Of a DNA stretch of 46,413 bases, positions 1 to 11,344 are shown one piece after another. Position 1 is the stretch's first letter, and each line of letters starts with the position of its first letter. The notes under the pieces were generated by a model that did no database searches, was not told where the DNA came from, and was given only the letters and a program-made list of their open reading frames with translations. The stretch is from Octopus sinensis. Lineage: Eukaryota. The position numbers and the translations under genes are program-made. The DNA is taken from positions 1-46,413 of the forward strand of contig NW_021834981.1 of the NCBI RefSeq assembly GCF_006345805.1. The letters are read 5' to 3'.

Positions 1-474
1 GCAAGGTCATGCATTGTTTATCTTGATATGAGATCACTATATTGCGCATATAAGGCTGTCATGCTTGTTTGTGTCTTGTGTACCCTTATCAGATGGGTAG
101 TCAAGGTGGATATAATGGACTTTGTACATTTGTACCCAATAGTCACTTTGATAGTGTGCTGCTGTCTCACTCAATAAAACAACAATTACAATTATAATAA
201 TAATTGTCGTCACAATCATCAACATCATCATCATCATCAACATCCTCATCAATTTCATCATCATCATTGTCACTTCCACCACTGCCGCCAGTTCTGTTGA
301 AATTGATGTACATCTAAGATGTCCATGTGTCTTTTAACCCGTCAAATACCGTGTGTTGATTGATAGGAGTAATAATAAAATAGCTTGTATTTGAAATTTG
401 CTTCTAAAATTACATGAAATTATATACACAGATGCGAATACACTATGATATATAAAATATATTATTTTGATGTG

Positions 475-708
475 TCTCGAGAGTCATCACGCCAATAATA
501 ACACCTACACGGGTTCAATTCCACTTCTTTATTATCAGTTGATTGGATATCTGATCAATTAACTAATTGATCGTTTGTTTAACACCTCGATTAAACACAA
601 AATCGGTTATTTAATTGATTATATATCTAAGCAAATGATTGATAATAGAGAAGTAGAATTGAACCAATGAGTGTGTTATTATTATTGGCATAATGACCCT
701 CGCAAGAC
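475..708. repeat. Diverged fold-back element, ~70-bp arms
   Basis: gccaataataacac...ggttcaattc vs gaattgaacc...gtgttattattattggc. Confidence 0.6.
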
Positions 709-967
709 AACAAAATTTGTTTCAACACACGAATTCGTGTCAGGAATCTTGCAAGCCAAATACAAAAAACAAAGCTAAAGATAGACAATGATTTCACCGA
801 ATGTGCACTAAATACAATACAGTCCTATGTGCAAATAAAATTATCATTTAACGTGAAGTTCGGTCCTAAGTTATAGCGATATCGCTGACCGTTTTATTGA
901 TTTTTATCAGTACACGACACACCTTTATGAGCCAGGCATGGCTCGAGAAGGAACAAACAAGAACAAA

Positions 968-1014
<47 letters not shown>

Positions 1015-1064
1015 ACACATATACATACAATTGAAAAGTAATGTAATAACACACTACTGAGGAT

Positions 1065-1467
1065 ATACTCTTTTACTCTTTTACTTGTTTCAGTCATTTG
1101 ACTGTGGCCATGCTGGAGCACCGCCTTTAGTCGAGTGAATCGACCCCGGGACTTATTCTTTGTAAGCCTAGTACTTATTCTATCGGTGTCTCTTTTGTCG
1201 AATCGCTAAGTTACGGGGACGTAAACACATCAGCATTGTCAAGCGATGTTGGGGAGACAAACACAGACACACAAACATACACACACACACACACATACAT
1301 ATATACATATATACGACAGGCTTCTTTCAGATTCCGTCTACCAAATCCACTCACAAGGCTTTGGTCGGCCCGAGGCTATAGTAGAAGACACCTGCCCAAG
1401 GTGCCACGCAGTGGGACTGAACCCGGAACCATGTTGGTAAGCAAGCTACTTACCACACAGCCACTCC
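1065..1467 (-). mobile_element. tRNA-derived SINE, family A
   Basis: Head ggagtggctgtgtggtaag...ggttcagtcccactg, tail gactgaaacaagtaaaagagtaaaagagt. Confidence 0.85.
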
Positions 1468-2152
1468 AAAAAATTAATAATTATTTATGAATATATTAAT
1501 GGTCAAACATGTTATCACAAAATACATAGAAGAAGAATATGTATAATTATGATGAAGTCGCAATTATAAATAAAAGCTTAAAAGTTAAAGGTTAATTAAC
1601 CCTTGTAATTGCAACGTTAGGAACCTATTAAGGGTCTCATTCGTCTCTTCAGGAAACTATTCCTATAAATAGAAATTGATACAAGACCTTACCGTGGGGC
1701 TTACATGTAGCCCGACTGGCAAGAATTCAAACGTCATGCAAAGCGTTTATGAAAAAAGACTGGTAAATTCGAGGCACGGCAAACCACCGGATATGAGTGG
1801 TACAAATTAATTAATTAAAAAGTAATGTAATCATACATTACGGAAGGTATGTCATAAACAATTAATAATTATTTATGAATATATCAATGGCCAAACATGT
1901 TATCATAAAATACATAAAAGAAGAGAGTTTATAATTATGAACAAGCCATAATTATAACTAAGAGGGTTTCAAAAATCCTTACATGTTTAGAAATAGCAGT
2001 CAAAAACCACTATAAAGCCATTATTATCACTCACGTTATATCTCCTCACAGTAATTGCTTTCTGCAGGTGACATGACATAGAATCCACAACTTAAAATTA
2101 AAAGGTTCTCCATTGCAATTTCGACAAACAAGGACAGACTATCCACCTATTC

Positions 2153-2378
2153 CTTTACTACCCACACGGGGCTAAACACAGAGGAGACAAACAAGGACAG
2201 ACAGACGAATTAAGTCGATTATATTGACCCCAGTGCGTAACTGGTACTTATTTAATCGACCCCGAAAGGATGAAAGGCAAAGTCGGCCTCGGCGGAATTC
2301 AAACTCAGAACGTAGCGGCAGACGAAATACGTCTAAGCATTTCGCCCGGCGTGCTAACGTTTCTGCCAGCTCGCCGCC
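2153..2378 (-). mobile_element. tRNA-derived SINE, family B
   Basis: ggcggcgagctggcagaaacgttag...gagtttgaattccgccgagg...cactggggtc. Confidence 0.85.
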
Positions 2379-2427
2379 TTAAGTAAAGGATATATAATAC
2401 AATGAAGGTTGATGGTGTTTATTTGGG

Positions 2428-2862
2428 TGTAAATAGTACTGGCTGCAATTGGCGTGTTCATAGTTGTTTTCGTCAAATATTCAAATGGTTGCGGAAAATT
2501 AGAATCAGCGAATCACAAAAACCACAACACATCTAAAAGAGAGGACTAAAGTGGGAAAAGGGGAGCAAAGTGATTGAAGTAGTGAGAGGTAAGCATAAAA
2601 GAAAGAGAGAGGCAGTCAGAGATAGATAAAAATAGTGTAAGAGATAGGTGGAGATTTAGAGAAGGTAAGAGAGGTGTATATGAGTGATTTATCTCAGAAA
2701 ACAGTATTTATATTTGGCATGCGATTATATAAACACTTAATTTTCTAACAAGGCAGGAGCAACGATGGATGTGCTCGGCTTGACAAATTATGCCACGACT
2801 TTGGCACTCGTAGCTGTGCTTATTTTAACTTTATATCTGTGAGTATTGCATTTACTTTCAAA
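2428..2862 (+). promoter_or_regulatory. Duplicated promoter/exon-1 block, copy 1
   Basis: Aligns by eye to 12037-12473; TATATAAA at 2726-2733. Confidence 0.8.
2765..2838 (+). CDS. CYP exon 1, upstream copy ([24 protein letters not shown]+CT)
   Basis: ATG, hydrophobic anchor, phase-2 donor gtgagt; joins exon 2 in frame. Confidence 0.8.
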
Positions 2863-2884
2863 TTTAAATTGCTGTTTTATATAT

Positions 2885-3114
2885 ATTTCTTTATTACCCA
2901 CAAGGGGCTAAACACAGAGAGGACAAACAAGGATAGACAAACGGATTAAGTCGATTACATCGACCCCAGTGCGTAACTGGTACATAATTTATCGACCCTG
3001 AAAGGATGAAAGGCAAAGTCGACCTCGGCGGAATTTGAACCCAGAACGTAACGGCAGACGAAATACGGCTACGCATTTCGCCCGGCGTGCTAACGTTTCT
3101 GCCAGCTCGCCGCC
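2885..3114 (-). mobile_element. SINE family B, ~46 nt after the donor of exon-1 copy 1
   Basis: Same as 2153-2378. Confidence 0.85.
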
Positions 3115-3644
3115 TTTTGTTGTATTATATAATAACCGGGAAGGTGTCCCCGTTTCCGTTGTTGCTTCTCACTACGTTTCGGTTGCGCACGCTCTACCCT
3201 TCTTCAGGTGTCTTATCGTTCACCTTAGTGTCTTCCATGAGATTGAACTCAACTCACTACCTCTAAGGTGTCTTCACTGCATCAACAAGCGCCTTTATCT
3301 ACTGTATTATACTCATAGGCAGCGCCAGGATGTATCTGTTAGGTTTATAAAGCTCCTGAAGGCTGGAGTGCACACAGCCAAAACATAGGGAAAAACAACG
3401 ATAACGAAAATTAAATAAGTTCGTCGTATATGTATATATATATATATGCATGTATGTACGTGTGTGTGTGTGTTTATGTGTCTGTGTTTGTCGCCCCAAC
3501 ATCGCTTGACTTGACAACCGATGCTGGTGTGTTTACTCGTAACTTATCAGTTCGGCAAAAGCGTCCGATAGAATAAGTAACAGGCTTACAAAGAATAAGT
3601 GCTGGGATCGATTTGCTCCAGCATAGCCGCAGTCAAATGTCTGA

Positions 3645-3691
<47 letters not shown>

Positions 3692-3709
3692 ATATATATA
3701 TAGGGAGAA

Positions 3710-3900
3710 TTCACGAAAGACAAAAGACGAAGGCAGGTGGTGTAGAAAACAAACAGATGTATTAGTATAACGCTCAGGAATAGAAAAAGTCTTTTACGTT
3801 TCGAGCCCTACGCTCTTCCACCAAGAAAGAACACAGAAAAGAAACAAAGAGATAAAAAAAAAAATGTGTGTAGTGGCTAACGATCTATCATGGCGACTGA
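3710..3900 (-). repeat. Related pLTR-like repeat with a degenerate hammerhead-like motif (3790-3830)
   Basis: Minus strand UCUUU-CUUGGUGGAA-GAGC-GUAGG-GCUC-GAAACGUA-AAAGA. Confidence 0.5.
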
Positions 3901-4246
3901 TATATATATTATATTATATATAATGTGAAATAGAAAGATGAATAATCTTGTAGTAGATTAATCAAAAGTTTAACCGATACCTTAGTAGGCAAAAATCACA
4001 GCAGTGAACCGCACGGTTGGAGGTACAACCATCTGGCGTTGCAACCGTGCGTTGTGGGAAACACGTGTTAGAATGAAATAAAACGATTTCTGTTCAATCT
4101 GCGTTCAGCTCCATTCTTCAATTCACACAATAATGTTATATATATATTATATATATATATATAATATATATATATATGTAGCTTATATAATATATATATA
4201 TATATATATATAGATATATATATATAATATAATATATATATATATA

Positions 4247-4659
4247 TATACTCTTTTACTCTTTTACTTGTTTCAGTCATTTGACTGCTGCCATGCTGGA
4301 GCAACCGCCTTTAGTCGAGGCAATCGACCCCGGGACTTATTCTTTGTAAGCCCAGTACTTATTCTATCGGTCTCTTGCCGAACCGCTAAGTGACGGGGAC
4401 GTAAACACACCAGCATCGGTTGTCAAGCAATGCTAGGGGGACAAACACAGACACACACCCCCCCCACTCATATATGTACATATATATACATATATACGAC
4501 AGGCTTCTTTCAGTTTCCGTCTACCAAATCCACTCACAAAACATTGGTTGGCCCGGGGCTATAGCAGAAGACACTTGACCAAGATGCCACGCTGTGGGAC
4601 TGAACTCGGAACCATGTGGTTGGTTAGCAAGCTACTTACCACACAGCCACTCCTGCGCC
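4247..4659 (-). mobile_element. SINE family A, full length
   Basis: Same head, core and tail as 1065-1467. Confidence 0.85.
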
Positions 4660-4731
4660 TATATTTGATATACAGACGTAGCTAAATACATACGGGTGTG
4701 TGTGTTTGTATGTGAATCTCTGTGTATATAT

Positions 4732-4954
4732 ATATTGTTGTATTTAGGAATGGTCATTTTGTCAGTTTAGCCAATAAAAACACACGTACTATATATTTGG
4801 TGTTACTTTGCTTCAGCCTTATTTACTTTTTACATTAATCTTAATCTTATTTCGGCCAGAGTTCTTTCGTCACACTCCTGTAACACCAAATATATAGTGC
4901 GTGTGTTTTTATTGGCTAAACTGGCAAAATGACTATTCCTAAATACGACAATAT
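4732..4954. repeat. Fold-back (MITE-like) element, ~75-bp inverted arms
   Basis: 4732-4806 is the reverse complement of 4880-4954 with few mismatches. Confidence 0.75.
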
Positions 4955-5039
4955 CTGTTTCAACAAACGATTTCACATCAAAAATCTTGCAAAACAAATA
5001 TATAAACGTAATACACACACACACACACATATATATATT

Positions 5040-6655
5040 AGATCAGCATAGAAGTGAATCAAGCACGAAGTCGGGCGGGTCGAAGAATAAAATGTGTATA
5101 CATTAAAAGTTGTTTTCTATGTAGATGGAGAAAGGGCTGCCATATCTTTCTAGAACCTTACGATACAGACTGATTTCTAGATATCCCATGAGTAGGTTGG
5201 CAAAGGAGGGGGCCATTCGTGTACCCATCGCAGGCCCCGATTTTTGTCGGTAGAAGTTGTCTTTGAAGGCGAAGAAGTTATTTTCCAGGATGAATTTAAC
5301 CCCTTCTATCACGAATTCTTTTTGATGCGATGTGGGAGTTCGTTGGCGTGATTCCTAGCCAGAATTGAATTGCCTCTATTCCTAGTTGTGGTGGATATTG
5401 GAGTAGAGGGGACTACATCGAAGGATACTAGTAGGGTGTTTTTTGTTTATAGTATTAGGTAGGTGATTGAGCATATCCAAGTCGTCCCTTATATAGCTTT
5501 TGACATGTTTGAGGAGTAGTTTTAACAGGGTGTCTAAAAAGTTACTGAGGCGGTGGGTTTCGCATGCGGGACCTGCTATTATGGGTCTCAATTTGAGGTC
5601 ATTAGGATTAAGGACTTTAATTATTTTGTCTGTAGCTATCTTGCATGCGTTACTTATTTTCTCACTTTTGTGTATCTTAGGTATACCGTAGAATTGGCTG
5701 GTTTTACTTGTGAAATTGGTCATATAGTCATATTCTTTGTCGGTGAGCCCTTCTTTGTATGGGTTTAACATGGATTTTAGTTCCCTCATTACTTTTGTTG
5801 ACTGTAGTTTTGTGCCTTTTCATAATATGTTGTGTCTTCCAGCATAGATAGTACTAAAGTTATGTAAAATGTCGTGTCCATTAAGACAACTGCACTCCCT
5901 TTATCGGCCTCTTTGATTGTTATGGTTGTGTCTTGTTTTAATTTGTTCAACTCAGCCCATTCTTTTTTGCTGAAGTTTGGTTTGTGTTTTTGTTTGTGCA
6001 TATGTTGATATGGGTAATTTGATATGTGGTCACAGAAATGATCAAGTGTTTTGTTCTTACCTTTTGAGGGGGTGTAGTTACTCCTATTTCTGACCAACGA
6101 TTCGTCCTCGTTGTATTTGTCATATAGCTCCTCATTAAGTCGTAATTTCATTGTAGTTGGGGTGTTGTGGGGTGGGTGTAAACTTGAGTCCTTTGGAAAG
6201 TATATTTCTTTGGTTTGCTGTTAGTTCATTGTGAGTTAGATTGATAATTTTTATCACTTTTGGTTCCTCCTACTTGTTTGGTGCTATCTTGTGTCTCTGT
6301 GTTTGCGTATTGGGTCTAAAAAATGAATGCGGTGGTTGGGACGGTAGCTATTATATAGTTGTTCTTTGTTGATGTGGGGTCTCATGTTGTGATTTATGGT
6401 GTGTGTTCTTGGAACAGTATTGAGAAGTGCGTCCCGATATCCCATATTCGGGTGTGGTGTTTTAGGAGGCCTTCGTTGGTAATCATTGCGTGTGGTGTGG
6501 GTTTGTTGTGCATGGTTGTTTAGCCGGTTGTTGGAACGAAGATTTCGTTGGTAACTCTTTTGGGTGGAGAGGAGGTTGCAGCGTCTATCCTGTGGGTATT
6601 GATTTATCCTTTCTCTACTTGAAGTGGGGGTATTCCTGATATTGTATTGCTGGCT
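5040..6655 (-). mobile_element. Penelope-like element (PLE), degenerate RT fragment
   Basis: LSKGLKFTPTP, IKEADKGSAVVLMD, FYGIPKIHK, LRPIIAGP, QKSGPAMGTRMAPSFANLLM; frameshifts; ends before the catalytic DD motif. Confidence 0.88.
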
Positions 6656-6798
6656 GCTGGGAATCGAAACCGCGATCCTATGACCGCGAGTCCTCTGCCC
6701 TAACCACTGGGCCATTGCACCTCGACACACACACACCACACACACACACACACACCCACTATATATATATATTATATATATAATATATGGAAAAAAAA

Positions 6799-7114
6799 GA
6801 CTCCGCCGGTTACGACGACGAGGGTCCCAGCTGATACAATCAACAGAACAGCTTGCTCGTGAAATTAACGTGGCAAATGGCTGAGGCATTCCACAACACG
6901 TGTACCCTTAACGTATTTTCTGGGATAATCAGCGTGACACAGAGAGTGACAAGGCACCCTTTGAAATACAAGTACAACTCATTTTTGCCAGCTGATTGGA
7001 CTGGAGCAACGTGAAATAAAGTGTCTTGCTCAAGGACACAACGCGTCGCCGGGAATCGAACTCACAACCTTACGATCATGAGCCGAATGCCCTAACCACT
7101 AAGCCACGCGCCCC
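6799..7114 (-). mobile_element. tRNA-derived SINE, family C
   Basis: Head ggggcgcgtggcttagtggttagggc...gagttcgattccc (A/B-box-like); head-only copies at ~6660-6725 and 23855-23905. Confidence 0.8.
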
Positions 7115-7177
7115 TCACATATAATATATATATATATATAATATATATATTATATATAATATATATATTATAATATA

Positions 7178-7223
<46 letters not shown>

Positions 7224-7257
7224 ATATATAATATATTATATATATATATATATATTT

Positions 7258-10200
7258 TTATTGCCATACTAATATGGCCATTCTTATAAAAATAAGAAAA
7301 CGCTGACCGCTTATTAGCTCCATGAGGCCATCGCCTTAAGTAGCTATTTGATCCACAAACTGTATCCATATAACCTTTGACAAGGGAGGTCAGTCGCTCC
7401 CACTACTTGGCTCGGCGCTACAGAACAGACGCGTTCGGGGTATTGCCCCTTTTCAATGCAGCGTAGCCAACCAGTAGGTGTCGCTTCCGACAATCTCTGT
7501 TCAAAGGTTTTATTTACCTAGCTTCGGTGGAATACATCCACTTGTTTTCAATAATAGAAATATTAAATTACTAAGTCCTCTCTAAAAGAGAACAACGGCA
7601 GCGTTCCCGGAAAATATTAGTTATGCCAATACTAATATGGCATTCTTATAAAATAAGAAAAAAGCTGACCGCTTATTAGCTCCATGAGGCCATCGCCTTA
7701 AGTTAGCTATTTGATACACAAACTGTATCCATATAACCTTTGAACAAGGAGGTCAGTCGCTCCACACTACTTGGCCGGCAGCTACAGACGCGTTTCGGGG
7801 TATTGCCCTTTTCAATGCAGCGTACCAAACCAGTAGGTGTCGCTTCCGACAATCTCTGTTCAAAGGTTTTATTACCTATCTTCGGTGGAAATACATCCAC
7901 TTGTTTTCAATAATTAGAAATATTAAAATTACTAAGTCTCTCTAAAAGAGAACAACGGCAGCGTTTCCGGAAAATATTAGTTATTGCCATACTAATATGG
8001 CATTCTTATAAAAATAAGAAAAAAGCTGACCGCTTATAGCTCCATGAAGCTAGGTAAATAAAACCTTTGAACAGAGATTGTCGGAAGCGACACCTACTGT
8101 TTGGCTACGCTGCATTGAAAAGGGGCAATACCCCGAAACGCGTCTGTAGTGCCGGCCAAGTAGTGTGGAGCGACTGACCTCCCTGTTCAAAGTTTATATG
8201 GATACAGTTTTGTGTATCAAATAGCTAACTTAAGGCGATGGCCTCATGGAGCTAATAAGCGGTCAGCTTTTTCTTATTTTTATAAGAATGCCATATTAGT
8301 ATGGCAATAACTAATATTTTCCGGGAACGCTGCCGTTGTTCTCTTTTAGAGAGACTTAGTAATTTTAATATTTCTATTATTGAAAACAAGTGGATGTATT
8401 CCACCGAAGCTAGGTAAATAAACCTTTGAACAGAGATTGTCGGAAGCGACACCTACTGGTTGGCTACGCTGCATTGAAAAGGGCAATACCCCGAAACGCG
8501 TCTGTAGCTGCCGGCCAAGTATGTGGAGCGACTGACCTCCCTGTTCAAAGGTTATATGGATACAGTTTGTGTATCAATAGCTAACTTAAGGCGATGGCCT
8601 CATGGAGCTAATAAGCGGTCACTTTTTTCTTAGTTTATAAGAATGCCATATTAGTATGGCAATAACTAATTTTTTCCGGGAACGCTGCCGTTGTTCTCTT
8701 TTAGAGAGACTTAGTATTTTAATATTTCTATATTGAAAACAAGTGGATGTATTCCCCGAAGCTAGGTAAATAAAACCTTTGAACAGAGATTGTCGAAGCG
8801 ACACCTACTGGTTTGGCTACGCTGCATTGAAAAGGGGCATACCCCGAAACGCTCTGGTAGCTCTGTCCGGCCAAGTAGTGTGGAGCGACTGACCCTCCCT
8901 TGTTCAAAGGTTATATGGATACAGTTTGTGTATCAAATAGCTAACTTAAGGCGATGGCCTCATGAGCTAATAAGCGGTCAGCTTTTTACTTATTTTTATA
9001 AGAATCCATATTAGTATGGCAATAACTAATATTTCCGGGAACGCTGCCGTTGTTCTCTTTTAGAGAGACTTAGTAATTTAATATTTCTATTATTGAAAAC
9101 AATGGATGTATTCCACCGAAGCTAGGTAAATAAAACCTTTGAACAGAGATTGTCGGAAGCGACACCTACTGGTTTGCTACGCTGCATTGAAAAGGGGCAA
9201 TACCCCCGAAACGCGTCTGTAGCTGCCGGCCAAGTAGTGTTGAGCGACTGACCTCCACTTGTTCAAAGGTTATATGGATACATTTGTGGATCAAATAGCT
9301 AACTTAAGGCGATGGCCTCATGGAGCTACTAAGCGTTCGCTTTTTCTTATTTTTTAAAGAATGCCATATTAGTATGGCAATAACTAATATTTTTTTCCGG
9401 GAAACGCTGCGTTGTTCTCTTTTAGAGAGACTTAGTAATTTTAATTTTCTATTATTGAAACCAAGTGGATGTATTCCACCGAAGCTAGGTAAATAAAACC
9501 TTTGAACAGAGATTGTCGGAAGCGACCCCTACTGGTTTGGCTACGCTGCATTGAAAAGGGGCAATACCCCGAACGCGTCTGTAGCTGCCGGCCAAGTCGT
9601 GTGGAGCGACTGACCTCCTTGTTCAAAGGTTATATGGATACAGTTTGTGTATCAAATAGCTAACTTAAGGCGATGGCCTCATGGAGCTAATAATCGGTCA
9701 GCTTTTTCTTATTTTATAAGAATGCCATATTAGTATGGGCAATAACTATATTTTCCGGGAACGCTGCCGTTGTTCTCTTTAGAGAGACTTAGTAATTTTA
9801 ATATTTCCTATTATGAAAACAAGTGGATGTATTCCACCGAAGCTAGGTAAATAAAACCTTGAACAGAGATTGTCGGAAGCGACACCTACTGGTTTGCTAC
9901 GCTGCCATTGAAAAGGGGCAATACCCCGAAACGCGTCTGAGCTGCCGGCCAGTAGTGTGGAGCGACTGACCTCCCTTGTTCAAAGGTTATGAGGATACAG
10001 TTTGTGTATCAATAGCTAACTTAAGGCGATGGCCTCATGGAGCTTAAACGGTCACTTTTAACTTATTTTATAAGAATGCCATATTAGTATGGCAATAACT
10101 AATATTTCGGAAACGCTGCCGTTGTTCTCTTTTAGAGAGACTTAGTAATTTTAATATTTCTATTATTGAAAACAAGTGGATGTATTCCACCGAAGCTAGG

Positions 10201-10881
10201 TAAATAAACCTTTGAACAGAGATTGTCGGAAGCGACACTACTGGTTGGCTTACGCTGCATTGAAAGGGGCAATACCCCGAAACGCGTCTGTAGCTGCCGC
10301 CCGCAATAGTGTGGAGCGACTGACCTCCCTTGTTCAAAGGTTATATGGATACAGTTTGTGTATCAAATAGCTAACTTAACTATGGCCTCATGGAGCTAAT
10401 AAGCGGTCAGCTTTTTTCTTATTTTATAAGAATGCCATATTAGTATGGCAATAACTAATATTTTCCGGGAACGCTGCCGTTGTTCTCTTTTAGAGAGACT
10501 TAGTAATTTTAATATTTCTATTTGAAAACAAGTGGATGTATTCCCACCGAAGCTAGGTAAATAAAACCTTTGAACAGAGATTGTCGGAAGCGACACCTAC
10601 TGGTTTGGCTACGCTGCATTGAAAAGGGGCAATACCCCGAAACGCGTCTGTAGCTGCGGCCACGTAGTGTGGAGGCGACTAACCTCCCTTGTTCAAAGGT
10701 TTAATGGATACAGTTTTGTGTATCAAATAGCTACTTAAGCGATGGCCTCATGGAGCGAATAAGCGGTCAGCTTTTTTCTTATTTTTATAAGAATCCATAT
10801 TAGTATGGCATAACTAATATTTTCCGGAACGCTTGCCGTTGTTCTCTTTAGAGAGACTTAGTAATTTAATATTTCTATTAT
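7258..10881. mobile_element. Tandem array of ~358-bp hammerhead-ribozyme-bearing units (retrozyme-like); ~2.2 units on - strand (7258-8047) and ~7.9 units on + strand (8046-10881)
   Basis: Repeating GCTGCA-TTGAAAA-GGGG-CAATA-CCCC-GAAA-CGCG-TC-TGTAGC with spacing 351-363 bp; no long ORF; (TA)n at both ends. Confidence 0.85.
8109..8150 (+). ncRNA. Type I hammerhead ribozyme, U3-A8 variant (first of 8 + strand copies; predicted cleavage after 8144, 8502, ~8854, 9217, 9579, 9937, 10288, 10648)
   Basis: Stem I GCUGCA/UGUAGC (consensus), core UUGAAAA, stem II GGGG/CCCC, GAAA, palindromic stem III ACGCGU, GUC triplet. Two more copies on - strand near 7418-7465 and 7781-7820. Confidence 0.75.
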
Positions 10882-10932
10882 ATATATATATATATATCAT
10901 ATATATATATATATATATATCATATATATATA

Positions 10933-11344
10933 GGCGCAGGAGTGGCTGTGTGGTGGTAGTAGCTTCCTAACACCCACCACATGGTTCCGGGTTCAGTCCC
11001 ACTGCTTGGCGTCTTGAGTGTCTTCTGCTATAGCCCCGGGCCGATCAATGCCTTTGTGAGTGGATTGGTAGACGGAAGCTGAAAGAAGCCTGTCGTATAT
11101 ATTATAGATTTATATATATACATGTTGTTTGTGTGTTTGTGTGTCTGTGTTTGTCCCCCTAGCATTGCTTGACAACCGATGGTGGTGTGTTTAAGTCGCC
11201 GTTACTTAGCGGTTCGGCAAAAGAGACTGATAAAATAAGTACTGGGCTTACAAAGAATAAGTCTCGGGGTCGATTTGCCCGACTAAAGGCAGTGCTCCAG
11301 CATGGCCGCAGTCAAAAGTAAAAGAGTAAAGAGTAAAAGAGTAT
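10933..11344 (+). mobile_element. SINE family A, full length
   Basis: ggcgcaggagtggctgtgtgg ... (aaagagt)n tail. Confidence 0.85.

Noticed and set aside
6660-7114. tRNA-like sequences
   Set aside because: They are SINE heads without a complete cloverleaf and are attached to repeat bodies.
7258-10881. Array as CRISPR, protein-coding repeat, or 5S/snRNA gene cluster
   Set aside because: No repeat-spacer alternation and no cas genes; all frames are interrupted by stops; no recognisable 5S, U1, U2 or U6 sequence.
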